This document shows, piece after piece, positions 48,625 through 59,614 of a DNA stretch of 63,161 nt (its first letter is position 1; every line of letters starts with the position of its first letter). The notes under the pieces were generated by a model. The model ran no database searches. It saw nothing but the letters and a program-made list of their open reading frames with translations, and had not been told where the DNA came from. The stretch is from the sequence record DRR378314_1692; one strand, 5' to 3'. The position numbers were made by a program, and so were the translations under genes.

Positions 48625-49548
48625 ATGCTTGCCTATAGCCTGCGGCGACTGCTTGTTGCCATCCCGACGATCCTGCTGCTGATCGTCGCCTGTTTCTTCC
48701 TGATGCACTTTGCGCCCGGCGGGCCCTTCACCTCGGAACGGCCATTGCCGCCGCAGGTTCTGGCCAATATCGAGGCGCGTTACGGGCTGGACCAACCGCT
48801 GTGGAAACAGCTCTGGGACTACCTGTACAACATCGTCGTACATTTCGATTTCGGCCCGTCCTTCAAGTTCAAGGACCGGGACGTCAACGACATCATCGCA
48901 CAAGGTTTTCCGATCTCTCTGACCTATGGCACGCTCTCATTTCTTCTTGCGACGTCTGTAGGTGTGAGCCTCGGAATCGCCGCTGCGATCAAACACAATA
49001 GCTGGATCGACTACTTCGCAGTTGGTCTTGGTATTGCGGCGCAGGCGCTGCCGAACTTCATCATGGGCCCGATCCTGATCCTGACCTTCACACTCTGGCT
49101 GGGCTGGTTGCCGGGCGGCGGTTGGAACGGTGGCCAATGGCAATATCTGATTATGCCGGTGATCGCATTGGCAACGTCTTACATGGGCTCAATTGCACGG
49201 ATAACGCGATCGTCGATGCTGGAGGTTCTGAATTCGAACTTCATCCGCACCGCGCGGGCCAAGGGTTTGCCCACAAGAACCGTGATCTGGCGTCATGCCC
49301 TGAAGCCCACGTTGCTGCCGGTTGTCTCATATCTGGGGCCGGTGTTTGTTTATGTCCTGACCGGTTCGGTCTTTGTCGACATCTACTTCTCGACCGGTGG
49401 TCTGGGGCAGGCCTATGTCGGTTCTGCCTTATCCCGCGACTATGCGGTGCTGCTGGGGGTCACCATCCTCTATGGCGCGCTAACCGTAGTTGTAAACCTT
49501 TTGACCGACCTGGCGTATGCCTGGTTCGATCCCAAAATCCGCTACTGA
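48625..49548 (+). CDS. oppB: Oligopeptide ABC permease
   Basis: APGGPF, YGLDQP, DFGPSF, FIRTARAKGL, DPKIRY. Confidence 0.93.
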   Translation: MLAYSLRRLLVAIPTILLLIVACFFLMHFAPGGPFTSERPLPPQVLANIEARYGLDQPLWKQLWDYLYNIVVHFDFGPSFKFKDRDVNDIIAQGFPISLTYGTLSFLLATSVGVSLGIAAAIKHNSWIDYFAVGLGIAAQALPNFIMGPILILTFTLWLGWLPGGGWNGGQWQYLIMPVIALATSYMGSIARITRSSMLEVLNSNFIRTARAKGLPTRTVIWRHALKPTLLPVVSYLGPVFVYVLTGSVFVDIYFSTGGLGQAYVGSALSRDYAVLLGVTILYGALTVVVNLLTDLAYAWFDPKIRY

Positions 49549-49558
49549 GGGGCAGGCA

Positions 49559-50488
49559 ATGTTAGGAAAATCACAAAAAGCCGCCCATCTGGCCGAAGAA
49601 ATAACAGATTACACGGTCATTCAAGGGCGATCACTCTGGCAGGACGCACGGATGCGTTTTGTCCGAAACAAGGCCGCGATGGCCAGCATTTTCATATTGG
49701 GTCTGATCGTGTTGTTCACGATTATTGGTCCGTTTTTCGCGGTCTGGAGTAATGAAGAGATCGACTGGAATGTCATGGGTGACGTGCGCGGCATGGGAAT
49801 GCCGTCGATCGAAACCGGGCATTTTTTCGGTGTCGATGATCTGGGGCGTGACCTTTACAGCCGTGTCATTCAGGCGACCACCACTTCGCTGCTGGTCGGC
49901 CTGATCGGAGCCGCAACAGCGTTGATTGTCGGTACTTGCTATGGCATCGCAGCAGGTTACATCGGAGGGCGTACCGACAGTGCCATGATGCGTTTCGTGG
50001 ATATCCTTTTGGCAATCCCTGCAACACTCATTATCATCCTTCTGCTTGTTGTGGCGGGGCGGTCCTTCTTTATGCTGTTCATCGCATTGGGCGCGGTCGG
50101 TTGGCTGACTATGGCGCGGATTGTTCGGGGGCAGACCCTGACCCTTAAGAATCGCGAGTTCATCGAAGCCGCGCGTGCCGCAGGTGTCAGCGAGTTCACC
50201 ATCATGTATCGGCATATCCTGCCAAACCTGTTGGGCGTCGTAATCGTATATGCTTCGCTGCTGGTGCCTGAAATGATACTGACTGAAAGTTTCATTTCAT
50301 TCCTGGGGCTCGGAATTTCAGAGCCTTATACATCTTTGGGCCGTCTGATTGCCGAAGGTGCAGGCACCATGAGCTATGGTACTTTGTGGCAACTGATTTA
50401 CCCCCTGACATTCTATGTCGCGATTATCATCACCATGTTCTTCATTGGAGATGGCCTGCGTGACGCATTGGACCCGAAGGATCGCTGA
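49559..50488 (+). CDS. oppC: Oligopeptide ABC permease
   Basis: [46 protein letters not shown]. Start ATG 49559. Confidence 0.93.
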   Translation: MLGKSQKAAHLAEEITDYTVIQGRSLWQDARMRFVRNKAAMASIFILGLIVLFTIIGPFFAVWSNEEIDWNVMGDVRGMGMPSIETGHFFGVDDLGRDLYSRVIQATTTSLLVGLIGAATALIVGTCYGIAAGYIGGRTDSAMMRFVDILLAIPATLIIILLLVVAGRSFFMLFIALGAVGWLTMARIVRGQTLTLKNREFIEAARAAGVSEFTIMYRHILPNLLGVVIVYASLLVPEMILTESFISFLGLGISEPYTSLGRLIAEGAGTMSYGTLWQLIYPLTFYVAIIITMFFIGDGLRDALDPKDR

Positions 50489-50489
50489 T

Positions 50490-52295
50490 ATGAGTCTGTT
50501 TTCCATAAAGGACCTGAGCGTCCAGTTCGATACCCCCGATGGCGTTGTTGAGGCGGTCAAAGGTATCAGCTTCGATATCAATCCTGGTGAGTGTCTGGGC
50601 ATCGTGGGCGAAAGTGGATCGGGCAAAAGCCAGACTTTCATGGCCGCGATGGGATTGTTGCCTCCTGCTGGCCGCGCTTCTGGATCCGCCTTGCTGAATG
50701 GTACGGAAATCCTGAACCTGCCTGTGAACAAACTGAACAAGATACGCGGCTCGGATGTCGGTATGATCTTTCAGGACCCGTTGACGGCACTGACCCCTCA
50801 TTTGCGGGTTGGTCAGCAAATGCGTGAAGTATTGCAGGTACATGAGGGCTTGCAAGGGTCTGCAGCGCGCCAGCGATGCCTTGAGTGGCTCAATCGTGTG
50901 CGCATCCCCGAAGCAGCCCGACGTCTGGATCAGTATCCGCACGAGTTGTCCGGTGGTATGCGCCAGCGTGTGATGATCGCCATGTCGATGCTGTGCAGTC
51001 CCAAGTTGCTGATCGCGGATGAGCCTACAACTGCGCTCGATGTCACCGTACAGGCCGATATTCTGGACCTGATGGTGCGATTGCAAAAAGACGAAGGCAC
51101 CGCCATTGCCCTGATCACCCACGATATGGGGGTCGTCGCGCGTATGTGCGACCGTATTCAGGTCATGCGCATGGGTGAATTTGTCGAGGCTGGTGACACC
51201 CGCGAAATCTTCCGCGCACCACAGCACGACTATACCCGCACTCTTCTTGAGGCGATGCCACGCATCGATGCTGGCGATGCACCCAAAGCACTGCCGCAGA
51301 CGGAAGAGCCTTTGCTCAAGGTCGATGACGTCAAAGTTCACTTCCCGATCCATGTCTCTGGCGGGCTGTTCGGGCACAAAGTGCCGTTGAAGGCGGTTGA
51401 TGGGGTCAGCTTCGACATTCGGAAAGGCGAAACTCTGGGTGTTGTCGGTGAATCCGGTTGCGGAAAATCGACACTGGCGCGTGCGGTGCTGCAATTGATC
51501 GAACCCAGCGGTGGAAATGTAAGTTGGCTAGGTCATCCCATTGTCGGACTGAAGCGGTCTGAGCTGAACAAATACCGCAAGGATTTGCAGATCGTATTCC
51601 AAGACCCGCTGGCAAGCCTTGATCCACGAATGACAATCTCAGCCTCGATCGCCGAGCCGCTGAAAACCTATCGCCCCGATCTGACGGAGCGGGAGCGAAA
51701 GGACATGGTCGCAAAGATGATGGAGCGTGTTGGCTTGCCAGCCAACATGATCAATCGTTATCCGCACGAACTGTCCGGAGGGCAAAATCAGCGTGTGGGA
51801 ATCGCGCGCGCAATGATTAACAAGCCAAAGCTGATAATTTGCGATGAAGCCGTTTCTGCGCTGGACGTGTCCATTCAAGCCCAAATCGTGGAATTGTTGC
51901 GAGAATTGCAACAAGAGTTTGGCTTGTCGATGATCTTCATCAGCCACGACCTGTCAGTTGTGCGTGCAGTGTCGAACCGGATCATGGTGTTGTACCTGGG
52001 TCGCATCGTCGAACTTGGCGATGGGGAAGTAGTTTGCTCCGAACCAATACATCCCTACACCAAATCCCTGATCTCGGCAGTTCCGATCCCTGATCCTGAT
52101 GTTGAACGCAGCCGCCAAAGGCTTAAATTGCCGGGGGAATTGCCGTCACCCATGGACCCAAAGGCAGCGTTGCGCTTCTTGCCCAGCAAGTTGTCTGCGG
52201 GCGAAACGGACTATGTCCCCCAACTCAGCGAAATCGCGCCAGACCACTTCGTTGCAGAGCATGATCCGCTAGATGCAATTATGGCCAATGCCTGA
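50490..52295 (+). CDS. Oligopeptide ABC ATP-binding protein, fused OppD/OppF
   Basis: GESGSGKS and [16 protein letters not shown] and LSGGQNQR. Start ATG 50490. Confidence 0.94.
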   Translation: MSLFSIKDLSVQFDTPDGVVEAVKGISFDINPGECLGIVGESGSGKSQTFMAAMGLLPPAGRASGSALLNGTEILNLPVNKLNKIRGSDVGMIFQDPLTALTPHLRVGQQMREVLQVHEGLQGSAARQRCLEWLNRVRIPEAARRLDQYPHELSGGMRQRVMIAMSMLCSPKLLIADEPTTALDVTVQADILDLMVRLQKDEGTAIALITHDMGVVARMCDRIQVMRMGEFVEAGDTREIFRAPQHDYTRTLLEAMPRIDAGDAPKALPQTEEPLLKVDDVKVHFPIHVSGGLFGHKVPLKAVDGVSFDIRKGETLGVVGESGCGKSTLARAVLQLIEPSGGNVSWLGHPIVGLKRSELNKYRKDLQIVFQDPLASLDPRMTISASIAEPLKTYRPDLTERERKDMVAKMMERVGLPANMINRYPHELSGGQNQRVGIARAMINKPKLIICDEAVSALDVSIQAQIVELLRELQQEFGLSMIFISHDLSVVRAVSNRIMVLYLGRIVELGDGEVVCSEPIHPYTKSLISAVPIPDPDVERSRQRLKLPGELPSPMDPKAALRFLPSKLSAGETDYVPQLSEIAPDHFVAEHDPLDAIMANA

Positions 52296-52299
52296 AGTT

Positions 52300-52338
52300 T
52301 CGCGCCCCGATCCATAGTGGATTCGGGGGCGCGATTTT
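52300..52338 (+). terminator. Rho-independent terminator of the opp operon
   Basis: TCGCGCCCC..ATCCA-tag-TGGAT..GGGGCGCGA followed by TTTT, right after the stop. Confidence 0.7.
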
Positions 52339-52548
52339 CGCATTTTGAGACGCCAGATTGGTGAGGTGACACTTCAAAAGCCGCAATCCCTCATGTTTCG
52401 TTTTGACTCTGTGCTCAGGTTGGTGGCAGATTCCAACGAACCGATCACTGTGCTGTCGGGTGAGATTGATTGATACGAATTTAAGTCTTATGTGAGGGCT
52501 CCAGCATCATCCCCTGGTGTCGGCAATATTTAGAACTCATGAGGTAAC

Positions 52549-53442
52549 ATGGTACGCAAAGTCACCAAGGCCATATTTCCAGTCGCAGGTATGGGCACGC
52601 GCTTTCTTCCGGCAACAAAATCTGTGCCGAAAGAGATCATGACACTCGTCGACCGCCCGCTGGTTCAATATGCCATTGATGAAGCCCGTGCTGCCGGGAT
52701 CACCGAATTCATCTTCGTAACATCGCGTGGGAAATCAGCGCTTGAGGATTACTTTGATCACAACCTCGTGCTGGAGCAGGACCTCAAATCCAAAGGCAAG
52801 GACGACCTGCTTGAGATATTGAACGCGACCAATATGGAAAGCGGTGCAATTGCATATATCCGCCAACATAAGGCGCTGGGGCTTGGACATGCCGTTTGGT
52901 GTGCGCGGCGACTGATCGGGGATGAACCCTTTGCGGTAATGCTGCCAGATGATGTGATTGCTGCTGACAAACCCTGCCTGCAGCAAATGGTCGAGGCCTA
53001 TGAGGACACCGGCGGCAATATGGTCGCCACGATGGAAGTTCCTAACGAAAAGACAAGTTCTTACGGGATTCTGGACACTGGCCAAAACGTAGGTACCGTT
53101 ATTCGGGCCAAGGGTATGGTTGAAAAGCCAAAGCCCGAAGAGGCACCGTCAAACCTCGCCGTAATTGGTCGTTATATTCTGGGTCCTTCCGTCTTGTACA
53201 ATCTGAACCAGAAGAAAAAGGGCAGTGGCGGAGAGATCCAGCTGACCGACGCAATTGCCGAAGATATCGGAAACGGTGTCCCGGTATTCGGCTACAAATT
53301 CGATGGCCAGCGGTTTGATTGTGGTTCAAAAGCTGGGTTCTTGCAGGCCACAGTTTCCTTTGCGCTAGCTCGCGACGACCTTCGCGATGATCTGAGCCAT
53401 TACCTTCACGACATCGTTTCGTCGGGTCGGGCAGCGCAATAG
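52549..53442 (+). CDS. galU: UTP--glucose-1-phosphate uridylyltransferase
   Basis: KAIFPVAGMGTRFLPATK..PKE, GLGHAV, LPDD, VEKP, GEIQLTDA, DCGSK. GAGG RBS. Confidence 0.96.
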   Translation: MVRKVTKAIFPVAGMGTRFLPATKSVPKEIMTLVDRPLVQYAIDEARAAGITEFIFVTSRGKSALEDYFDHNLVLEQDLKSKGKDDLLEILNATNMESGAIAYIRQHKALGLGHAVWCARRLIGDEPFAVMLPDDVIAADKPCLQQMVEAYEDTGGNMVATMEVPNEKTSSYGILDTGQNVGTVIRAKGMVEKPKPEEAPSNLAVIGRYILGPSVLYNLNQKKKGSGGEIQLTDAIAEDIGNGVPVFGYKFDGQRFDCGSKAGFLQATVSFALARDDLRDDLSHYLHDIVSSGRAAQ

Positions 53443-53512
53443 GTAAAATGCTTCACCTATTCAGCATGCAATACGATAGTTCGCGCCCAGAGGTACTGAA
53501 GGAGCAGGCATC

Positions 53513-54949
53513 ATGAGCACGATCTATCCTGTAATTCTATGTGGCGGGTCCGGAACACGGCTATGGCCGCTTTCGCGGAAAAGCTATCCTAAACAGTTCG
53601 TTCCACTGATCGGTGAAACCAGTCTTCTGCAACAATGTGCAGACCGGTTGCGGGGGCCAGCGGGCGCGCCCTACGCCGAGCCTATGATCCTGACCAACGA
53701 AGCCTTCCGCTTTGTGGTGCCCGAGCAATTGATGGCCGTCGGAGTCAATCCCGGCCCGATCCTGATTGAGCCCGAAGGGCGCAACACCGCTCCGGCTGTT
53801 CTGGCGGCGGCTCTGCATCTTTCTTCCAGCGATCCCGACGCAACGATGTTGGTGGCCGCGTCGGATCATGTCATTCCAGACACCCCCGCCTTTCACGTTG
53901 CCGTCGCAGAAGGTGTTCGCACCATCACCGATCGTGGTGATCTGGTGACATTCGGCATTACACCTGATCGACCCGAGACGGGATATGGTTATCTGAAACT
54001 CCGCCAGGTGCCCGACGCGTCAGGCGTCTCAGTTCCATTGGATCGGTTTGTTGAAAAGCCTGATATGGACAGCGCCAAAGCGATGGTGGCCGAAGGCAGT
54101 TATCTTTGGAATTCCGGTATCTTCCTGTTTGCAGTCCGCGATATCCTTGCCGCCTTCAACCAATACGCGCCGGATCTCGTGGAACCCGTTCAAAAAGCGG
54201 TTGAGAATGCCCAGTCTGATCTGGGTTTTCTGCGGCTTGATCCGGACGCTTGGAGAACGGCCCAGGATATTTCAATCGACTACGCAGTAATGGAAAAGGC
54301 CGATAACCTCAGTGTTGTGCCATATGCCGCCGGGTGGTCTGACGTGGGCAGCTGGTCTGCAGTACAGGAGCTAAGCAACCCTGACGCGGATGGAGTTGCC
54401 ACGTCTGGTGAAGTTACAGCCATTGATTGCCACAATGTGCTTGTACGCTCGGAATCGCCCGCGCAAGAGGTTGTGGCGATGGGGCTGGAGAATGTGATCG
54501 CGGTCGCGATGCCCGACGCGGTTCTTGTTGCCAGCATGGATCGGGCGCAGGACGTCAAACAGGCAGTCTCGGCCCTAAAAGCAAAGGGGGCCAAACAGGC
54601 CGAATCCTTGCCTGTCGATCACCGCCCTTGGGGGTGGTTCGAAAGCCTAATCATCGGTGATCGGTTTCAGGTCAAGCGTATCCATGTCCATCCCGGCGCG
54701 TCGCTGAGCCTGCAATCACACCATCACAGGTCCGAGCATTGGATAGTGGTGGAAGGCACCGCTGAGGTGACAATCGATGACAATGTACAACTCGTTTCTG
54801 AAAACCAGTCGGTCTATATTCCGTTGGGTGCAAAGCATCGAATGGTAAACCCCGGTAAGGTGCCGATGGTCCTTATCGAAGTGCAAACCGGTACCTACCT
54901 GGGTGAAGATGACATCATTCGCTACGAAGATGTCTATGCCCGGGATTGA
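53513..54949 (+). CDS. manC: Mannose-1-phosphate guanylyltransferase / mannose-6-phosphate isomerase (bifunctional)
   Basis: GGSGTRLWPLSR..PKQF, EPEGRNTAPA, FVEKP, SIDYAVMEK, C-terminal cupin RPWG..LSLQSHHHRSEHW. Confidence 0.95.
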   Translation: MSTIYPVILCGGSGTRLWPLSRKSYPKQFVPLIGETSLLQQCADRLRGPAGAPYAEPMILTNEAFRFVVPEQLMAVGVNPGPILIEPEGRNTAPAVLAAALHLSSSDPDATMLVAASDHVIPDTPAFHVAVAEGVRTITDRGDLVTFGITPDRPETGYGYLKLRQVPDASGVSVPLDRFVEKPDMDSAKAMVAEGSYLWNSGIFLFAVRDILAAFNQYAPDLVEPVQKAVENAQSDLGFLRLDPDAWRTAQDISIDYAVMEKADNLSVVPYAAGWSDVGSWSAVQELSNPDADGVATSGEVTAIDCHNVLVRSESPAQEVVAMGLENVIAVAMPDAVLVASMDRAQDVKQAVSALKAKGAKQAESLPVDHRPWGWFESLIIGDRFQVKRIHVHPGASLSLQSHHHRSEHWIVVEGTAEVTIDDNVQLVSENQSVYIPLGAKHRMVNPGKVPMVLIEVQTGTYLGEDDIIRYEDVYARD

Positions 54950-54997
54950 GGCCCGCGTTCAGACCCAAATCTGAGTTCGCGAATTGATCAAAGATAC

Positions 54998-55027
54998 AGG
55001 CACCTGCAAGGCAGGTGTCTTTTATTT
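54998..55027 (+). terminator. Rho-independent terminator after galU-manC
   Basis: AGGCACCTGC-aag-GCAGGTGTCT followed by TTTATTT. Confidence 0.75.
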
Positions 55028-55141
55028 GTTGCGTGCAAATCCTAACAATTCGAAACCCGGGCGTTCGGTTCGGTCAGGCGAGATTTACGCGCATCACGGC
55101 AGGGTGGCGCGCAATCATCGTCGGACCGACACCACAGGAGG

Positions 55142-56224
55142 ATGCCCGTGCCACAGAACTCTCCCCGTTTGAATCTACCCTACCTGCAACCTGCGCAAGC
55201 CCAAAAACATGTGACCCATAACGAGGCGCTGCGGGCACTGGATCTAGTGGTGCAATTAAGTGTCGCCTCTGCAGATGCGACAATCCCACCTGCTGCACCT
55301 GATCAGGGTGAAACACATGCGCTCGGCGCGGCCCCTACCGGGGCTTGGGCTGGGCATGAAGGTAAATTGGCAGCATGGCTGGACAACGGGTGGCATTTCT
55401 TCACACCTGAACAGGGATGGCGGGCGTGGGACCAAAGCGCGGGTCAATTAAAAGTCTGGGATGGCTCGGCATGGATCGACCCTCCGGTCAACATGCAGAA
55501 CCTGACCGGGGTTGGCATCGCAACCGGATCGGACAGCACAAACCGTCTGGCCGTGCGCAGCGCCGCCACGCTGCTAACCCACGAAGGCAGTGGTCATCAG
55601 TTGAAGATCAACAAGGCCGGTGCGGGCGATACCGCGTCGCTTTTGTATCAATCGAACTGGACCGGCCACGCCGAGATGGGCCTGTCAGGCGATACCGATT
55701 TCTCAATCAAGGTCTCGCACGATGGAGGAAACTGGGTCGAGGCCCTGCGATTTAATGCAGCCACCGGTATCACCAGTGGAGCGGCTGTTCAAAACAGCGC
55801 CGATGATACCACCGCCGGTCGCCTTATGCGTGCGGATTATGGGTACGGGCCGGGTAATGTACTGGGCACCGTGTCGGAAAACAACGGCATGCCAACCGGC
55901 GCAGTGATTGAGCGGAGCAGCAATTCAAATGGTGATTACACGCGCTTTGCTGATGGCACCCAGATTTGTACGGCGACCTTGTCTGCGGTGGGCTGCACAA
56001 CAGCGATCGGAGCGTTATTCACCAGCGGGACCGCCAATTGGGATTTTCCCAGCGCTTTTGCGGCGGGCAGCACGCCGGTTCTCAGCGGAAACGGGGGCGG
56101 GATCGGGCGGTTTATGGGGTTTGATTCTCCGTCGGATACTCAAGTCACATATCAGGTGATGGCGACCTCCTCCGATGCTACAACTATCGCTCCGGCGATC
56201 ATCGCAATTGGGCGTTGGTTCTGA
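55142..56224 (+). CDS. DUF2793-domain protein with phage tail-fibre-like C-terminus (GTA tail-fibre-like)
   Basis: SPRLNLPYLQPAQAQKHVTHNEAL..LD (DUF2793 signature), GAWAG..G.LA.W, INKA...DTASL, NGDYTRFADGTQIC..WDFPSAF. AGGAGG RBS. Confidence 0.85.
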   Translation: MPVPQNSPRLNLPYLQPAQAQKHVTHNEALRALDLVVQLSVASADATIPPAAPDQGETHALGAAPTGAWAGHEGKLAAWLDNGWHFFTPEQGWRAWDQSAGQLKVWDGSAWIDPPVNMQNLTGVGIATGSDSTNRLAVRSAATLLTHEGSGHQLKINKAGAGDTASLLYQSNWTGHAEMGLSGDTDFSIKVSHDGGNWVEALRFNAATGITSGAAVQNSADDTTAGRLMRADYGYGPGNVLGTVSENNGMPTGAVIERSSNSNGDYTRFADGTQICTATLSAVGCTTAIGALFTSGTANWDFPSAFAAGSTPVLSGNGGGIGRFMGFDSPSDTQVTYQVMATSSDATTIAPAIIAIGRWF

Positions 56225-56232
56225 TACTCCAG

Positions 56233-56258
56233 ACCGCCCGGGCCTTTGCTCGGGCGGT
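56233..56258. terminator. Probable bidirectional terminator between the DUF2793 gene and fcl
   Basis: ACCGCCCGGGC-cttt-GCTCGGGCGGT 11-bp stem between convergent stops. Confidence 0.65.
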
Positions 56259-57244
56259 TACTTTTCGCGCAATCCGGATTCTGGCTGATCCAGAAACCAC
56301 GCATAGGTCTGCCGTATTCCATCTTCGAGGCCAATGCGCGCCCGCCAACCCATATCGGTGAGCCGGGATACATCCATCAACTTTTGCATCGTGCCATCCG
56401 GTTTGCTCGGATCACAGACGATCCGGCCATCGAACCCGATGACGCGTGCAACAGTCGCTGCCAGCTCAGCGATCGAGACATCCCTGCCCGTACCCACATT
56501 GATGTGACTTTGCATCGGGTGCGTATTCGCTTCATAAACATCGCACGGAAGGTCCAGCACGAACAAAGACGCCTCGGCCATGTCATCAACGTGCAGTAAC
56601 TCGCGCCGGGGCTTTCCTGTTCCCCAGATCATGACCTCATCAAGCCCTTCACGCTGTGCTTCATGAATTCGGCGGATCAAGGCTGGCAAAACATGGCTGT
56701 TCTCTGGATGGAAGTTATCCCCCGGACCGTAGAGGTTGGTTGGCATGACAGAACGATAGTCGACACCGTGTTGTCGATTATAACTCTCACACAGTTTAAT
56801 CCCGGCGATTTTGGCGATGGCGTAGGGTTCGTTCGTTGGTTCCAGCGGCCCGGTCAACAACGCACCTTCGCGCATCGGTTGGCCGGTTTCGCGCGGGTAT
56901 ATGCAAGAACTGCCAAGTTGCAGGAGGCGTTTCACCCCTGCTGCAAAAGCCTGATGGATCACGTTGCATTCGATCATCAGGTTTTCATAGATGAAATCTG
57001 CCGGATAGGTGTTGTTCGCATGAATACCACCCACCCGAGCCGCTGCGAGAACCACAATATCGGGACGCTCTGATCGCATAAAAGCCTGAACCTGCGCCTG
57101 ATTAGTGAGGTCCAACTCAGCCCTCGTACGCGTGATCAACTCAATTTCATCGCCCGCCTGCCGGCGCTGTTGCAGCTTCCGCAGGATCCCGCCGCCAACC
57201 ATACCGCCGTGGCCCGCCACATAAATTCTGCGTGCGTTGACCAT
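56258..57244 (-). CDS. fcl: GDP-L-fucose synthase
   Basis: [57 protein letters not shown]. Confidence 0.95.
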   Translation of the reverse strand: MVNARRIYVAGHGGMVGGGILRKLQQRRQAGDEIELITRTRAELDLTNQAQVQAFMRSERPDIVVLAAARVGGIHANNTYPADFIYENLMIECNVIHQAFAAGVKRLLQLGSSCIYPRETGQPMREGALLTGPLEPTNEPYAIAKIAGIKLCESYNRQHGVDYRSVMPTNLYGPGDNFHPENSHVLPALIRRIHEAQREGLDEVMIWGTGKPRRELLHVDDMAEASLFVLDLPCDVYEANTHPMQSHINVGTGRDVSIAELAATVARVIGFDGRIVCDPSKPDGTMQKLMDVSRLTDMGWRARIGLEDGIRQTYAWFLDQPESGLREK

Positions 57245-57245
57245 C

Positions 57246-58370
57246 TCAGCCGTTTTCCCGAGCTACAGGCTCCGCAAGCCCGTGTTCCCTGAGCAGAGCG
57301 TTGCGCCGGGCGATCTCCAAATCCTCGGCTATCATTTCGGCGCACAGGTCCTGCACAGATGTCTCGGGTTCCCATCCGAGTTTCTGCTTGGCCTTTGAGG
57401 GATCACCCAGCAGTGAGTCCACCTCTGCGGGGCGAAAATAACGGGGGTTGATCCGCATCACGATGTCACCGGCTTTAAGCGCAGGTGCCTTGTCGCCGAT
57501 CACATCACGGACAATTGCAACTTCGTCGACGCCCTCTCCCGAAAATTCCAACGCAAGACCCAACTCACCAGCGGACCATTCAATGAATTGGCGCACGGAA
57601 TACTGCTTACCAGTGGCGATCACATAGTCTTCGGGCGTCTCCTGCTGCAGCATCAGCCACTGCATCTTCACGTAATCCCGTGCGTGCCCCCAATCACGCA
57701 GGCTGTCGATATTGCCCATGTGCAAGCAGTCATCCAATCCCTGTGCGATATTGGCAAGGCCCCGAGTGATCTTGCGCGTCACAAATGTCTCGCCCCGCCG
57801 GGGGCTTTCGTGGTTGAACAGAATGCCATTGCAGGCGAACATCCCATACGCCTCGCGATAATTGACGGTTATCCAATAAGAATACAGCTTGGCCACCCCA
57901 TAGGGAGAGCGCGGATGAAACGGCGTCGTTTCACGCTGCGGAGTTTCCTGTACCAAACCGTAAAGCTCGGATGTGGAGGCCTGATAGAACCGGGTCTTGT
58001 CCTCAAGCCCCAGAAACCGGATCGCTTCGAGCAGTCGGAGCGTGCCAAGACCATCCACATCCGCCGTGTATTCGGGCGATTCAAAGCTTACAGCGACATG
58101 GGATTGCGCCCCGAGGTTATACACCTCATCCGGCTGCACCTCCTGAATGATTCTGGTCAGGTTCGACGTATCGCTCAGATCACCATAATGCAGATGCAAT
58201 CTGGGGTCAGGTTCATGCGGGTCCTGATAAATGTGATCGATCCGCTGCGTATTGAAAGAAGATGCGCGGCGTTTGATGCCATGGACCTCATAGCCTTTGG
58301 CAAGCAACAGCTCGGCCAGGTAAGAGCCATCTTGGCCTGTTATACCGGTTATCAATGCCGATTTGCTCAT
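57246..58370 (-). CDS. gmd: GDP-mannose 4,6-dehydratase
   Basis: [58 protein letters not shown]. Start ATG 58370. Confidence 0.96.
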   Translation of the reverse strand: MSKSALITGITGQDGSYLAELLLAKGYEVHGIKRRASSFNTQRIDHIYQDPHEPDPRLHLHYGDLSDTSNLTRIIQEVQPDEVYNLGAQSHVAVSFESPEYTADVDGLGTLRLLEAIRFLGLEDKTRFYQASTSELYGLVQETPQRETTPFHPRSPYGVAKLYSYWITVNYREAYGMFACNGILFNHESPRRGETFVTRKITRGLANIAQGLDDCLHMGNIDSLRDWGHARDYVKMQWLMLQQETPEDYVIATGKQYSVRQFIEWSAGELGLALEFSGEGVDEVAIVRDVIGDKAPALKAGDIVMRINPRYFRPAEVDSLLGDPSKAKQKLGWEPETSVQDLCAEMIAEDLEIARRNALLREHGLAEPVARENG

Positions 58371-58475
58371 GACTACGCCCCGATGGTTTGAATTCGCCTG
58401 CTTGTTCTTCCAGAAACAGCAAGACCCGTTCGAATGCAAGACAACGCGGTCTATACCCGTTCAGGGTAAGATCAG

Positions 58476-59555
58476 TTACAAGGCTGCGGTCCAAACGCGA
58501 TACCGGCCCTGCCCTGTCACTTCACGGATAAGCCCCCGATCGCTAAACTTGTCCAGATTCCGTTGCACCGCCGCGCGAGAGGCCTGGGTCAGATCTTCTG
58601 CCAATGGTGCAGAGACCATCGGCCAAGCCGTCAACGCATCAATCAACACAGGCGGGGTTCGGCCGCTCAGGTCCGAAACGGCTTCGCGGGCACGCACTTC
58701 CCACGCACTGATCCGATCCAGATGCAGCAGAGCCGCAAGTGAGGCTTGCCCTGCCCCCATGATCCAGGCTGAGAGTTTTTCATCCTGGGTTCCCGCGCCC
58801 CGTAATGCGCCCGGGCCGGACAACGAAAGCGGCATGAACAAAGCGCCACCTCGCCCCATAGCCGCCGCATGGCGCGCCGCGACGATGGCGGCTTCTGTAT
58901 CCTGTCCGATGCCCGGAGAAAGCGCACGCCACGCATGAAACCCGATTGCAGCCTGGGTCACGGGGTGCAAACCGGCCACATTCTGCATTACCTCGGACAG
59001 ATCCATCACCGCCTCGGGGACGTCCTCGATCCCCTGGGCCTGACGGTCGAGAAAGGTGGTCAGCCCTGCGTTCCACCCGCCCTCTGATGGTCCCGCACCC
59101 GAAGATAGGCGCCGCACAGCCCAACCTGCCCGGTACAGCGCCTGCACATCGTCATTAGTGGCCCCAATCCGCAACCCAATCCAGAGCGCAAGGCGGTCAA
59201 CGCTGATTCGGTCGCCGGTCCACCAGCCCAGATCCGATACTTCCATCAGTGCCAAACGGTGGCCCCAGCCCTTGGGACCGGCGCGTAAACGCTCATCCAA
59301 TGCACCGAAAGTTACTGCCAGATCGGCAAGCTCGGCAGACAACTCAGATTGGGCTGCACCCCAGTCCCTTGGATCGAACAGCAGGCTTTGATCAGATCTT
59401 GGGACGGATGGCAGGAATTCTTCTGGATCTTCATCGTCCGTGGGAGGGAGGAACCATAAATCATCATCTTCCGGTGGATCGGTATCATAGATGCTTCGCG
59501 GCCCTTCGTCCAAGGCCTCATCATCCTGGTCCGGTATCAGAGGATTCGGCTTCAT
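58476..59555 (-). CDS. RHE_PE00001-like protein (Fic-like helical core, C-terminal HTH)
   Basis: Acidic N-terminus (DDLWFLP), FGALDERLR, C-terminal 'PMVSA..AE.L..SRAAVQRNL..GLIREVTGQGRYRVW'. No canonical Fic HPFxxGNGR motif. Confidence 0.65.
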   Translation of the reverse strand: MKPNPLIPDQDDEALDEGPRSIYDTDPPEDDDLWFLPPTDDEDPEEFLPSVPRSDQSLLFDPRDWGAAQSELSAELADLAVTFGALDERLRAGPKGWGHRLALMEVSDLGWWTGDRISVDRLALWIGLRIGATNDDVQALYRAGWAVRRLSSGAGPSEGGWNAGLTTFLDRQAQGIEDVPEAVMDLSEVMQNVAGLHPVTQAAIGFHAWRALSPGIGQDTEAAIVAARHAAAMGRGGALFMPLSLSGPGALRGAGTQDEKLSAWIMGAGQASLAALLHLDRISAWEVRAREAVSDLSGRTPPVLIDALTAWPMVSAPLAEDLTQASRAAVQRNLDKFSDRGLIREVTGQGRYRVWTAAL

Positions 59556-59614
59556 GTCAGCTATTCTTCGGGCATTTGCCGCAGTTCACAAGTGGTTTTC
59601 CCGTTTCCTGTAGG

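Noticed and set aside
50442-51494. 350-aa minus-strand ORF
   Set aside because: Lies antisense to the well-supported OppD/F ATPase; a typical shadow ORF with no recognisable motifs.
55142-56224. Prophage remnant
   Set aside because: The gene is intact and solitary; no integrase, capsid, terminase or att-like repeats were seen nearby.
57588-58391. 267-aa plus-strand ORF
   Set aside because: Antisense shadow of gmd; no independent motif seen.
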